A stretch of DNA of 64,000 bases, taken from Candidatus Latescibacterota bacterium. GTDB taxonomy: Bacteria > Latescibacterota > UBA2968 > UBA8231. Where the stretch lies: the NCBI GenBank assembly GCA_965217585.1, contig OZ244561.1, forward strand, positions 1,888,001-1,952,000. The letters are read 5' to 3'. The number at the start of each line of letters is the position of its first letter. Position 1 is the first letter of the stretch. Positions 29,166-38,993 of the stretch are shown here, in pieces. The notes under the pieces are model-generated. The model worked only from the letters and a program-made list of their open reading frames with translations, did not search any database and had not been told where the DNA came from. A program made the position numbers and the translations under genes.

Positions 29166-30941
29166 ATGTCTCAAAGGAACATGAGAAGACGCAGGACGGG
29201 AAGTGGGTGGGGTCAGCTCTCTCGCCTTTTTCTACTTGGTCTATTCACCGCGTGTACTACAACATCCGAGGACCCTCCCCAAGCCGCGCCCGGCGTGGTG
29301 GCGCGGATTGGAGATACGGTCCTCCAAGCCGGCGAGTTGCGCGACTTCGCCATTTCCACCCCTCGGAGTCTGCGTTCCAAGCAGGAGGGAGCGGCAGCGC
29401 GGGAGGACTATCTGCGCAGTTTGCTGGTCAAGCACCTGCTCTACCTAGAGGCCCAAGTTTGGGAATTGCAGGAGTCGATGGAGGTCCAAAAGCGGCTTAC
29501 AGCGAGCTGGCACCAACACCTCATCGAAGTTTATCGCAACGAGCAGCCACCCATCCAGGTAGAAGTTGACGAGGCGGATATCCGCAGGCATTTCGAGGAA
29601 AAGGACCTAGGGCGTCAGCGCCAACTAGCCGGTATTCTAGTCGAGGAAGAATCCCAGGCCCAAGAGGTGCTCGCAAAGCTCGCCGCTGGCGAAATTTTCG
29701 CGGATTTGGCCGGACAATACTCCGTCCACAAGGGGTCGGCCACCCAAGGTGGCGTATGGGGGTATATTTCGCGGCAGCAAGCCCGCCGATTAAAAATTCC
29801 AGATGAGGTATTCCGCGAACTGCCGGTGGGCGTCGTGTCCGACATCCTGCCCATCAATAAACGCTACTTGGTCATGCGCTTTCTCCAGGACCGGCCCGGG
29901 AGCCTAAATGAACACCGGTCCCGCATTCGCTCCGTGCTCCATGCAGGAAAGCTCAAAGAGGCCAAAAGAGAAAAGGGCCGGTCTCTAGCCCGGGAGTTTG
30001 GCTGGAAAATCGAATCCGCAGGGTTAGAACTTCTCCTGAAAAAAGCGGCCGCGTACTCCCCGGTGCATCGCCGGCATTTTTCAGCTAGAGAAGCGTTCCA
30101 GCCCCTCTTCACCTATCAGGGCGGGCAGGTGACTGTGGGAGAATGCGTGGATGCGCTGTGGGAAGATGCCGGGCGGGCGCTCTCTGGCTCGGGGATGAAG
30201 GACAGCGCTGAGGTAGTTGCAGCCGCTGAGTCCACCGTCATGGAGTCAGCCATTTTGCTGGAGGCGGCAAAGAGAGCGGGCATCCCCGAACGACCAGAAG
30301 AACAAAATTGGCTGGAGCAGACGCGCTGGGAGTTCATGGTTCGGCAAGCCCGCAGGGAAGAAGTGGAAGACAAGGCCGTAGTCAGCGAGGAAGAGGCGCA
30401 GGAGTTCTATCAGTCGCACGAGGATTTGTTTCGCAAATCCGACCAGTTTGATCTGATCGAATTACTGGTCGAAACCCAAGAAAAAGCGCGGGATCTGCTC
30501 ACAACATTGGAGCGCGGGGACGCAACCCTTATCGACCTAGCCCGGAAACACACCATCCGCACCGAGTCGCAGGAAGAGCCGGGACAGGTACACCTGCACG
30601 GCCGCGATCGCTATGTCAACCCGCAGCTCTACGAGGCCGTACAGGAGGCCGAACTAGGGGAAATCGTTGGACCTGTCCAGGTCAAGGGTGGGTACAGCCT
30701 GTTCAAAGTACTCCGCCGCGTAGAAGGAGAACTCCCTCCGTTTTCCAAAGTGGCACGACGGGCGCACTCACTGCTGCGTCGGCAGAAAGAAGACCGTCTC
30801 TTCGAGGAACTAGTCGACGATTTGCTGGAGAAGTACCAAGATCGCATCACAGTGTACCAAGACGAGTTGGAAGCGGCTTTGCCCGATACCTTGATACAGC
30901 GACTGGCGGCTACTGAGGGAGCTTGGAGAGATGGAGAATAG
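29166..30941 (+). CDS. Parvulin-type peptidyl-prolyl isomerase / foldase lipoprotein (module A)
   Basis: FTAC lipobox; VVARIG; FADLAGQYS...SA..GG.WG; second PPIase unit LARKHT..GEIVGPV...GGY. Confidence 0.82.
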   Translation: MSQRNMRRRRTGSGWGQLSRLFLLGLFTACTTTSEDPPQAAPGVVARIGDTVLQAGELRDFAISTPRSLRSKQEGAAAREDYLRSLLVKHLLYLEAQVWELQESMEVQKRLTASWHQHLIEVYRNEQPPIQVEVDEADIRRHFEEKDLGRQRQLAGILVEEESQAQEVLAKLAAGEIFADLAGQYSVHKGSATQGGVWGYISRQQARRLKIPDEVFRELPVGVVSDILPINKRYLVMRFLQDRPGSLNEHRSRIRSVLHAGKLKEAKREKGRSLAREFGWKIESAGLELLLKKAAAYSPVHRRHFSAREAFQPLFTYQGGQVTVGECVDALWEDAGRALSGSGMKDSAEVVAAAESTVMESAILLEAAKRAGIPERPEEQNWLEQTRWEFMVRQARREEVEDKAVVSEEEAQEFYQSHEDLFRKSDQFDLIELLVETQEKARDLLTTLERGDATLIDLARKHTIRTESQEEPGQVHLHGRDRYVNPQLYEAVQEAELGEIVGPVQVKGGYSLFKVLRRVEGELPPFSKVARRAHSLLRRQKEDRLFEELVDDLLEKYQDRITVYQDELEAALPDTLIQRLAATEGAWRDGE

Positions 30942-30969
30942 GAGTCCATACAAAAATTTGGGACGGAAA

Positions 30970-31707
30970 TCATCTGTCCGCACAGTCGCCGGGATTCTCT
31001 TCGCAATTTGATCTCTTTATCAATTGCCCTTTTTCCCACACATCCCGCCTTACCTTATTGCCCTGGACATCAAAGATTACAAAAATTCCATCGGGATTTC
31101 CGTCTGTGTAGGATCCCTCCCATTTTTTTTGCCCGTTTTCGTAGTAGGAGACAAGGGGCCCGTTTGTCTTTTTTGCTGATTCGTCGTAATGAGTCCAGAT
31201 CCCGCTCTCGCGGCCGTTTGTATAGAACCCTTCTAGCCATTTATTCCCGTTGCGGTAGTAACTGATATAGGGGCCGTGCCATTGACCGTCTTTGAAGACT
31301 ACGGATAATTCTATTTGCCCGTTTGCATAGTACTTGGTATAGGCTCCGTGGAACTGCCCCGCTTTATAGGTTCCTTTCGAACGTTTGGTTCCATCCTCAT
31401 AATAGTCTGTAAAGGGGCCGTGGAGGCTACCTGCGCTATAAGTCTCTGCCGATTTTCTGGTCCCATCTTCAAAGTAATAGACAATTTTTCCATCTTTCTT
31501 GTTGTCCTTGTACATGCCCTGTGTTTGCGGATTGCCGCTTATATAATACGCTATATAGGGGCCGTGTTTGATTAACTCGTTTGCTTCGTTTTTGTAGTAC
31601 TGGTATTTAACTTTGACCCGTCCATCGGGATATGTCTCAGTTTTAACTTTTGGGCCACAGCCATATAGTGCGATTGCCGCACCGATAACAATCGGCATCC
31701 ATTTCAC
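30970..31707 (-). CDS. MORN-variant repeat lipoprotein (lower GC)
   Basis: LYGC lipobox (start GTG31707 or ATG31698); repeats of HG.Y..YYE(D/N)G....G.Y..G. Confidence 0.8.
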   Translation of the reverse strand: MKWMPIVIGAAIALYGCGPKVKTETYPDGRVKVKYQYYKNEANELIKHGPYIAYYISGNPQTQGMYKDNKKDGKIVYYFEDGTRKSAETYSAGSLHGPFTDYYEDGTKRSKGTYKAGQFHGAYTKYYANGQIELSVVFKDGQWHGPYISYYRNGNKWLEGFYTNGRESGIWTHYDESAKKTNGPLVSYYENGQKKWEGSYTDGNPDGIFVIFDVQGNKVRRDVWEKGQLIKRSNCEENPGDCADR

Positions 31708-31781
31708 GATTGAAAGTCCCGCTGACAGAATGTAGTTTGCTATAATTTGGACCGAAAACCGGGAGAGCATAGAGACCCAAC

Positions 31782-33092
31782 TCAACGCGCCAAGATATCC
31801 CAGTCCGTGGTCTGCAGAATGTCTCGCCGATTGGCTTCCTTCAGTTCCAGATCGTAGCTGTCCAGCGGATTGTAGTCGTCGCGCAGAATGATGGCCGGCA
31901 CCCCCTCGTCGAAGGAAAACTGCCTGAAGGTGGAGATCCTTTTCCTAGCGAAAGGGTGGATCGTCTCGCCGGCGAACAGATCCGATGGAAAGGCCGCCTC
32001 GTCACCGAAGTAAGCCAGCACCACGACGTTTCCCCACTCGTCCTCGTCTGGATCGAAGGTAGGGATCAGGTCAACTTGGTCGAATACCTGCCGGAGGGTC
32101 TTCACGATCGAGGCAGTCATCAGGGTTTTCCCCTTCAACGTCGCCACCAGATTGATGCCGAGTACGCCCTCGTCGCTGAGATTCCGGCCGATCAACTCGA
32201 AGGCCTCGAGGCTGATCACGTGCGAGGGTGTCGTATCGCCGTTAAAGACATCGAGGATGATAAAATTCCCGCCCTGTACCAACCCGTCGATGATCAGTTC
32301 GCGATTGCGCTTATTCTTGAACACATACTGCACGACCTTCACGTTGCCGTAGTAGCTATCCTGGTGTGCCAATAGCTCGATGCGAGCACCGTTCGGCAGG
32401 CTGCGGACCGCCGCATCGCTCTCGTCGTGCGCCCAGAGTAGCGCCAAGAAGAAGACCGCAGCCGCAGCCCAAGCAGCGCGCCGAAAGAAGAAGAAGTAAC
32501 ATCCGGCCAGCAGAATCAGCAGGCAGCCTACCAAGAGGAAGATGTGGCTGACCTCCATGTAGGCGATGAGGACGAAGCCGGTGAGCACGGTGCCGCAGAC
32601 GCTGCCAATGGTCGATACAGCATAGAAGGCACCCACCGTCCGTCCAATGTTAGAGACTTCCCTGGCCACGATCTTGATCAGGAAAGGGGATACGCAGCCG
32701 AGCAGGAACAGGGATGGCCCAAACAGAACCATGGTGCTAAAAAACGCACCTGCCCGCAGGCCGAGCGCTACGCCCAACTTCAGAACGGGAACCTTAACGA
32801 AGGGAATGGGTAGGACCGCAAGGCCGGCCAGAAAGATGATGCCGTAGAGAAATCGGGCGTCGGCGTGCCGGTCGGCGAAGATCCCACCTGCCGCGTAGCC
32901 AGCGGCCAAGGAGATCATGGCGACCGCAATCAGCGACGTCCAGACAAACAGACTGACGCCGAAGAAGGGACCAATGACCCGCGAGCCCAGAACCTCGATC
33001 ACCATGATCAACAAACCGCAGCAGAAGGCGGTTGCCACGAGAAAGACTAGGTAGATCCGGGAATGTGTCGGGCTTGTGCTCTCGGCTTTCAC
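31782..33092 (-). pseudogene. Fused membrane/spermidine-synthase-like protein with an in-frame internal deletion
   Basis: The N-terminal TM domain is intact (EVLGSRVIGPFFG.SL.VW, G..VG..YA.STIGS..G). The C-domain jumps from IDGLVQGG straight to NFIILDVF, with no LxIGLGxG SAM-binding or 'DGR' segments. Confidence 0.7.
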
Positions 33093-33193
33093 GTTTACCT
33101 CTCGTCTTCATCCACTAGGCCATCGGCAATGAATTGAGTTCGTCCGTGACAGACGTTTCGGTCCAAGGCATAAAAGGACCCCTTCTGAGATTT

Positions 33194-34897
33194 TCAGCCC
33201 GTCGGCAGAGCATCCAGCACGTGCTGGTAAATCACGATCTGGGGGGCGTATTGCTGGCGGAGCGTCTCCATGTACTGTTCGAATGCGATCTCAATTTCCC
33301 TGTAGCGTTCGGCCCTGACTTTGCGGCGCACCGTCTGCTGGACCTCGGACGCGGTGAAAGGAAGGATATGGGACGGTCGCATCTCCAACAGTTTGAGAAC
33401 GACAAAGCCTGTCTGATTATTTGCAAAGCGGATCACCACCGGGCCACGGATCTCGCCTAGTACCATCCCGTCTGCCGCCTCGACCATAGCATCCCGAGCA
33501 CCTGTCGTGTCGCCGGGGGCGATGGTGAACACGTCGTACTTGCGGAACTCTCCCAGAAACAGGGGATAGTCCGCCATGATCTCGAAGAGATCTTCGCCGG
33601 CTTTTGCTCGCGCGGCGACGGCCGTCGCCTGCTGGCTTGAAGACAGGATGCCACCTTCGACGACGGTACGTGCTTCGACTCGAAACTCATCCTGGTGATC
33701 GTCGTAGTAGGAACGAAGCAAGGGCTCGCCGAGGAAGGGCTCTTCCACCTCGACGCGACGAAGGCGGTCCACCAGCAGTTCCTCGAGCTTCTGCGCTAGG
33801 GCCCGACGCATCTGCCGCTCCTCCAGCCAGCCCCGTTCTCTGGCGATCTGCGGGAGGATGTGGGTTATGAGTGCTTCGGTCCGTACGAAATGAGTGATGT
33901 CCGCGCTATCGACGGGCGAGGGGCGGCGACGAGCGGAGACGGCCCGGAGCATCTCCACGTATTCGGCCAGCCCGATCGAGCCGCCGTCGAAGCGGCATAG
34001 AACCCGCTGCCCGTCCTGCGGCGCCACAGTGGGGATCAAGTCCTGGGCACGTCGCCCCTGTTGGATCAGAAAATCGAGCGTGCTCTGGTCGATCTCAAAT
34101 CCAGATCGCTCTGCTTGTGTATCGAGGTAGGTGCGCCAACGCGCGTCCTTTTTCTGCCGTTCAAGGGACCGCTGGATCCCTGCGGCCTGCCGCTCGAATC
34201 CGACGAGTTGCTCCTCCGTGGCCTGGATCAGGTGATAGCCGCCCCGCGCGTCTCGGTACGGCTCGGATATTTCCCCGATGTCGAGCGCGAAGAGGGTCTC
34301 GACGAATCCACTGCGCTGGGCATCCTGCTCTTGCCAGAATCCCATATCGCCGCCCTTGGCAGCCGAGGCCGAATCAAGCGAGGACTGCCGGGCCAGTTCG
34401 GCAAAGTCCGCGCCGTTTTGCAACTGCTCCAGCATCCGCGCGGCCTCTCCTTCGGTGGCCACGGCGATGTGGCGGCCACGGACTTCCCTCTTGCGATCCA
34501 AGCCGAGGGCTTGGTACTGCGCACGGATTTCGGCTTCCGACACAGAGATCGACTGGGATACTTCCTGTAGATACAGGCGATCGACGAGACGCTGGTTCCT
34601 GGCGGCCTCAAGCTGTGCCAAAACTAGCGAGTCGGCAGCCAATCCCCGCGCTTCGGCTTCTAGGAACAGGATCTTCCGGTCAATCAGGGGGCGCAAAGCC
34701 TGCGCCGGAGATAGCTGATCGCGACCCAATCGCAGGAGGCGTTTTCGGATCCGGGCCACATCGTCCGTGGTAATCGCTTGGTCTGCTACCCGGGCGACGA
34801 CGGTCGTGTCGGGCACGAGAGAGCCGTGGGGGTCTGCCCAGCCCATCACAGCGGTCCAACCGAATAGAGGGGAGTGGAGAAGCAAGCGGAACAGCAT
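33194..34897 (-). CDS. Parvulin-type peptidyl-prolyl isomerase / foldase (module B, divergent)
   Basis: GGAG RBS at ATG34897; VVARV, RHIAV, GADFAELARQSSLD..SA.KGGDMG, GEISEP...GGYH. Same layout as 29166-30941. Confidence 0.85.
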   Translation of the reverse strand: MLFRLLLHSPLFGWTAVMGWADPHGSLVPDTTVVARVADQAITTDDVARIRKRLLRLGRDQLSPAQALRPLIDRKILFLEAEARGLAADSLVLAQLEAARNQRLVDRLYLQEVSQSISVSEAEIRAQYQALGLDRKREVRGRHIAVATEGEAARMLEQLQNGADFAELARQSSLDSASAAKGGDMGFWQEQDAQRSGFVETLFALDIGEISEPYRDARGGYHLIQATEEQLVGFERQAAGIQRSLERQKKDARWRTYLDTQAERSGFEIDQSTLDFLIQQGRRAQDLIPTVAPQDGQRVLCRFDGGSIGLAEYVEMLRAVSARRRPSPVDSADITHFVRTEALITHILPQIARERGWLEERQMRRALAQKLEELLVDRLRRVEVEEPFLGEPLLRSYYDDHQDEFRVEARTVVEGGILSSSQQATAVAARAKAGEDLFEIMADYPLFLGEFRKYDVFTIAPGDTTGARDAMVEAADGMVLGEIRGPVVIRFANNQTGFVVLKLLEMRPSHILPFTASEVQQTVRRKVRAERYREIEIAFEQYMETLRQQYAPQIVIYQHVLDALPTG

Positions 34898-35109
34898 GCG
34901 GTTCGCTCCAGTCGCGGCGCAACAATGAGCGGGAATCCGGAAGAATGCCCGCTCGAGATGGTCTAATGCCCTCAGAAAGGGCATTTTATAGTTATAGTAA
35001 CATCCACTTCTATCGCAAGAGTCTGCGCTATTCCTGCCGCCAGGGGTTAGGGGCCATTACACGGCCGGTTATCTCGCGGCAATTAATATAATACCTTATT
35101 TATCTTATC

Positions 35110-35139
35110 TTGACATTCGTCGGATATCTTACTTATTTT
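35110..35139 (+). promoter_or_regulatory. Putative sigma70 promoter of module B
   Basis: TTGACA-N18-TATTTT in an AT-rich divergent intergenic region. Confidence 0.5.
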
Positions 35140-35256
35140 GGCCCTTTCTTGCACGAAGATGTGCCTTAGCACCGAGAGACGGTGCTGGGATTAATTCGTC
35201 CAAGCTATGGGCGATGTATCTGAAGCCTACCCATAGCGAAACGAAGGAGAAGAAGT

Positions 35257-36162
35257 ATGTTGCTGAGGAAAGCTATCCTCCTAGCTGCCGCGCTGCTAAT
35301 AGGAGCATCCGCCAGCTTTGCCGGTAATGCCAACGGTATCGGTTACTTCGCCTTGGAGATTCCGACTGGTGCCACCATTACCATCGATGGTAATGGTGAC
35401 GACTGGGCTTGGTTCGACCAGACCTTTGCCTATGGTCCCGACGATATGATCGAGATCATCACCGGTGAAATTCCCTCCAAGGCTGACATCGATGTCATCG
35501 TCATGACGGGCTGGACGGGTGCGGATCGCGACAACCGCCTCTATGGTTTCGCCCGCGTCACCGATGATACGCTGCATATAGCGCAGACCGAGTCGGACAA
35601 CGGCTGGCTCGACGATGACCTTGAGATCATTCCCGACGCCGACAACAGCGGCGGCCCAATGAAGGGCGAGGGTCTCGTCCACAGCGCCAACGGTCAGCAG
35701 TTCACGATGCATATTTCGGAGCCAGGCGGCTACGACACGGGGTACGGCAACGGCACGTGGTGGCTGCGCCACCAAGCACCGCCCGAGATGCACTGGGTTG
35801 ACGCCCTGGCGGAGGCCAACATCGTCGTGGAACCAGCCGGGGCCACGAATCTGACGCCGAACGTGATCGTCAGCTACGAGTACGCGATGCCGATCTTCGA
35901 CGACCTCTCGCTCGAGGGCGAGGCCGCCAGTGTTCGGCATATCCTGACCGCTGGCGAGACGATCGGTCTCACCTACCAGTTGAACGAAGCCGACACCGGA
36001 AACCGCGATGTGCAGCTATCGACTGCAGCCGAGAACGGTGCTGCTTGGGATGCTACCTTCGCCTCCGACTACACCCTGCTGGCCGTCGGCGAATACGACA
36101 TGATGGCCACGGCGGTGGAGAACAACAGTTGGGGGATGATCAAGGCATCGTTCGACAAGTAG
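35257..36162 (+). CDS. Exported CBM9/DOMON-like protein with C-terminal WGxIK motif (module B)
   Basis: AAGGAG RBS and signal peptide (ASFA); ITIDGNGDDW, GW......RLY..RVTDD, D.DNSGG, YEYA.P.FD, IGL..Q.NEAD. Ends AVENNSWGMIKASFDK. Confidence 0.78.
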   Translation: MLLRKAILLAAALLIGASASFAGNANGIGYFALEIPTGATITIDGNGDDWAWFDQTFAYGPDDMIEIITGEIPSKADIDVIVMTGWTGADRDNRLYGFARVTDDTLHIAQTESDNGWLDDDLEIIPDADNSGGPMKGEGLVHSANGQQFTMHISEPGGYDTGYGNGTWWLRHQAPPEMHWVDALAEANIVVEPAGATNLTPNVIVSYEYAMPIFDDLSLEGEAASVRHILTAGETIGLTYQLNEADTGNRDVQLSTAAENGAAWDATFASDYTLLAVGEYDMMATAVENNSWGMIKASFDK

Positions 36163-36272
36163 TGCCTCTGATCTGGCTAGATGGACCAGAGGTATCTTGA
36201 CTGCGTCCATCTAGCCGGCAAGTCTGCTTCCGGTGGTGATCTCGTGTCGCCGCCGCGCTCCACAATTGCCTC

Positions 36273-36304
36273 CCGGCCCGGCCCGCACAAACGGGCCGGG
36301 CTGG
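36273..36304. terminator. GC-rich stem-loop after the WGxIK gene
   Basis: CCGGCCCGGCCCG-cacaaa-CGGGCCGGGCTGG (13 bp, one G.U), followed by ATTTCCTT. Confidence 0.65.
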
Positions 36305-36339
36305 ATTTCCTTAAGGATCGACTCCCGACGAAAGCGGCC

Positions 36340-37074
36340 ATGAAACAGTTCCGCGTACTGCAACTGTCATTCCTAGTGCTCCTGGCCGGCTGTGGCAGAT
36401 ACTTCGGCGGGCCGATCCATCCGGTTCCCGAAGCCTCGCAAGAAGCCCACATGGTCGTGGGAGACGACGGCTCGGTTACCTACGTCTTTGAACGTCTGGA
36501 GATCGGCCTGCGGCCGATGACGGACGAGGAGCTGAACAGACAGTTCCCTGCCCACTCCACGGGAGGGGCGACGGCTACCAATCCCTTCACCTACGGCGAC
36601 TGGAAACCTCTCGGTGAGAGCTTCACGCCACCGAAGTACACGGTGTTCCTCTTGTCGGTGAAGAATTATGCCTATCCGAAGGTCCGCGTTGATCCTGCGC
36701 GGATGGAACTGGTGTCCTCCACGAGTCGCCGCACCTACAAAGCCCTCACCTTCGCGGAAGTGGTTGAGTACTACTACTCCCAGGCCCAAGCATACACCGG
36801 CAACAACTACAACGACTATCAGGAGCGGCGGGACCTACTGCGCCGCAACCTCTACACGGCAGATGTCGTGTTCAGCGGTCTGGACTTGGCAGGCTACGTC
36901 CTGTTCCCCAAGCTGGACCACGACGTCACTGAGTTCGCCGTGCATATCGATGATGTCGCCGTGCGTTTCGACTACCGCAACGAGCCCACGGAAACCATCG
37001 ATCTGACCTTCCGCTACCAGCGCGAAGTGCACAGAGGATACCAACCTCCTCCTGAACTCACCGCCCAGAGGTGA
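36340..37074 (+). CDS. Conserved lipoprotein of unknown function (module B)
   Basis: MKQFRVLQLSFLVLLAGC lipobox. Homolog of 18044-18820. Confidence 0.85.
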   Translation: MKQFRVLQLSFLVLLAGCGRYFGGPIHPVPEASQEAHMVVGDDGSVTYVFERLEIGLRPMTDEELNRQFPAHSTGGATATNPFTYGDWKPLGESFTPPKYTVFLLSVKNYAYPKVRVDPARMELVSSTSRRTYKALTFAEVVEYYYSQAQAYTGNNYNDYQERRDLLRRNLYTADVVFSGLDLAGYVLFPKLDHDVTEFAVHIDDVAVRFDYRNEPTETIDLTFRYQREVHRGYQPPPELTAQR

Positions 37075-38993
37075 GCAGGTTCGCGATGCGCGTCCGTTGG
37101 GTCCTACTCGTGGCGGGCATCGCCATCTCGGCGCACGCTCAGACAGAGATCTGGCTTGTCGACCGAGGCGGTGCCAGTTGGTCCACGCACGCGGACATCG
37201 CCGCCGGCATCGATCTCACGACGCCCGAGATTCTGAGCCCAGTCGTCTTCTCCCTCGCAGACAACGTGACCCAAGCTGTCCAGTGGAAGAACTCTCCGCC
37301 GAAGGACTTCGTCTCCGATGGGAGCGGCCATATCTGGGACAACGCGGCCTTGACGGGTGCCGCCGAGAACCGCAGCACCATCCTCGTCGATGGAGATGTC
37401 ACTACCTCGACGGGCGATCGGTTCAAGACCTTCGGCGTCAACCAAGAGGGGCGGATCTTCTTCATGGATCTGGGAACCTCCTTCCCTGCCAGCAGCATCA
37501 TCTTCTACCCGCGACCAACAGCGCAGGAAGACTTTATTCGCTCCTACGAGATTGCCGTTAGCGATGGTCGCAGCTACAGCAAGGAAGGCGCGCCGCTCTA
37601 CGAGATCGTCCGGCAGGTGCAGCTAAGCCGCAACTGGCGGGCCCAGATCGACTTCCCCACGCAGTTGCTACGCTTCGTGCGCCTGCGAGTTCTGTCGGCC
37701 AATCCCTTTGAACTAGCTGAAATCGAAATCCACGGCGAAGGGTTTGTGCCCAAGGGAACCTACCAATCTTCTCTCATCCAGCTACCGACAGTGGTCAACT
37801 TTGGGACGCTCTCTTTCCGAGTGACAAAGGTCCGCCGGCAGGAGGACGGGACGCTGGTTCCGACCCCTGACGCAGAGGCCCGCGTGACGCTGCAACTGCA
37901 CAACGGACAAGACGACACGCCCCTTCGCTACTACGAGATCGTCGACGAGAGGACGGGCCGTGAGGAAGAGACCACCGGCTCCGCCTACGCGGGTCTTTCG
38001 GACAGAGTCAAGGGGTCCATCGTGCAGGATCTCGTGAATTGGAGCAACTGGACCGATCCGATCGAAGCGGACTCCACCGGTTTGTATTCCACGAAGCTCG
38101 ACCACCTGCCCGGCCCGCGTGACTACTTCCGGTTTAACTTGCAGTTCGCCAGCACCACGTCGGACGCCATGCAGGTGGACAGCCTCGCAATCACCTACTC
38201 CACACCAGTCGCAGCAGGTGCAGTGGGGGAGGTCGCCCTCCTCGAGGAGCCCAATCCACCACTCGGACGGACCTCCGTCCGGGCCGGAGTCGACACGACG
38301 CTGACCTACGACATCCGCGTAGATATGGGGGATCCCCCCTTCTCGGGCTTCGACGGAGTGCGGATCGTCACGCCCGCCCGCCCGGAGTTCCTGCAACTGC
38401 AGATCGGTTCTCCTCTAAGCAACGTCGAGCCGGACAGCGTCCGGGAAGAAGATGGCGGGCTGAGGGTATATTTCCCCAGCAATCGCGTCGAGCAAGGTCG
38501 GGACGAACGACTTCGAGTGACCTTCCGTACCCGTTCGCTCCTGTTCACGACGTTCCTCGAAGGGCAGCTAATCGATACGAGGGGCAGGTTGCCGCAGAAC
38601 ATCGCCGAGGGCGACGCCAATGAGGAAGTTAGCACTAACTCCCTGAGAATCTTCTTCTCCGGTAGCGGTGGGAGCGTCATCAATGCCTTCACTATGGCTC
38701 CCGCCGTGATCTCGCCCAATGGGGATGGCATAAACGACGAGGGCGTCTTCTCCTCCTCGATCATCCGCCTCGTAGAAGCGACGGATGTTAGCCTAGCTAT
38801 CTACGATCTGTCCGGCCGCGTCGTCCGCGAAGTGTCCAACACCCCGCGTCGTGCTGGCTCGTTCGAGGATCCTTGGGATGGCAGGGACCAAGCCGGCAAT
38901 CTCGTCGTAGCGGGAATTTACGTGGCTCGCCTCACGGTGATGACCGGACAAGAAGGACTCAGCCAAGTGAGGATAGTCCATGTCGTTTATTGA
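37071..38993 (+). CDS. Exported protein: discoidin-like domain plus SPNGDGxND/FlgD-Ig tail (module B, short type 1)
   Basis: Signal peptide AHA|Q; LVDGD..T, MDLG.SF....FYP, ELAEIEIHGEG, NWSNW, ISPNGDGIND, IYDLSGRVVR, WDGRDQAGNLV. Confidence 0.82.
   Translation: MSRFAMRVRWVLLVAGIAISAHAQTEIWLVDRGGASWSTHADIAAGIDLTTPEILSPVVFSLADNVTQAVQWKNSPPKDFVSDGSGHIWDNAALTGAAENRSTILVDGDVTTSTGDRFKTFGVNQEGRIFFMDLGTSFPASSIIFYPRPTAQEDFIRSYEIAVSDGRSYSKEGAPLYEIVRQVQLSRNWRAQIDFPTQLLRFVRLRVLSANPFELAEIEIHGEGFVPKGTYQSSLIQLPTVVNFGTLSFRVTKVRRQEDGTLVPTPDAEARVTLQLHNGQDDTPLRYYEIVDERTGREEETTGSAYAGLSDRVKGSIVQDLVNWSNWTDPIEADSTGLYSTKLDHLPGPRDYFRFNLQFASTTSDAMQVDSLAITYSTPVAAGAVGEVALLEEPNPPLGRTSVRAGVDTTLTYDIRVDMGDPPFSGFDGVRIVTPARPEFLQLQIGSPLSNVEPDSVREEDGGLRVYFPSNRVEQGRDERLRVTFRTRSLLFTTFLEGQLIDTRGRLPQNIAEGDANEEVSTNSLRIFFSGSGGSVINAFTMAPAVISPNGDGINDEGVFSSSIIRLVEATDVSLAIYDLSGRVVREVSNTPRRAGSFEDPWDGRDQAGNLVVAGIYVARLTVMTGQEGLSQVRIVHVVY

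Noticed and set aside
30970-31707. YwqK-type antitoxin call
   Set aside because: Generic MORN-variant repeats on a lipoprotein with no adjacent toxin.
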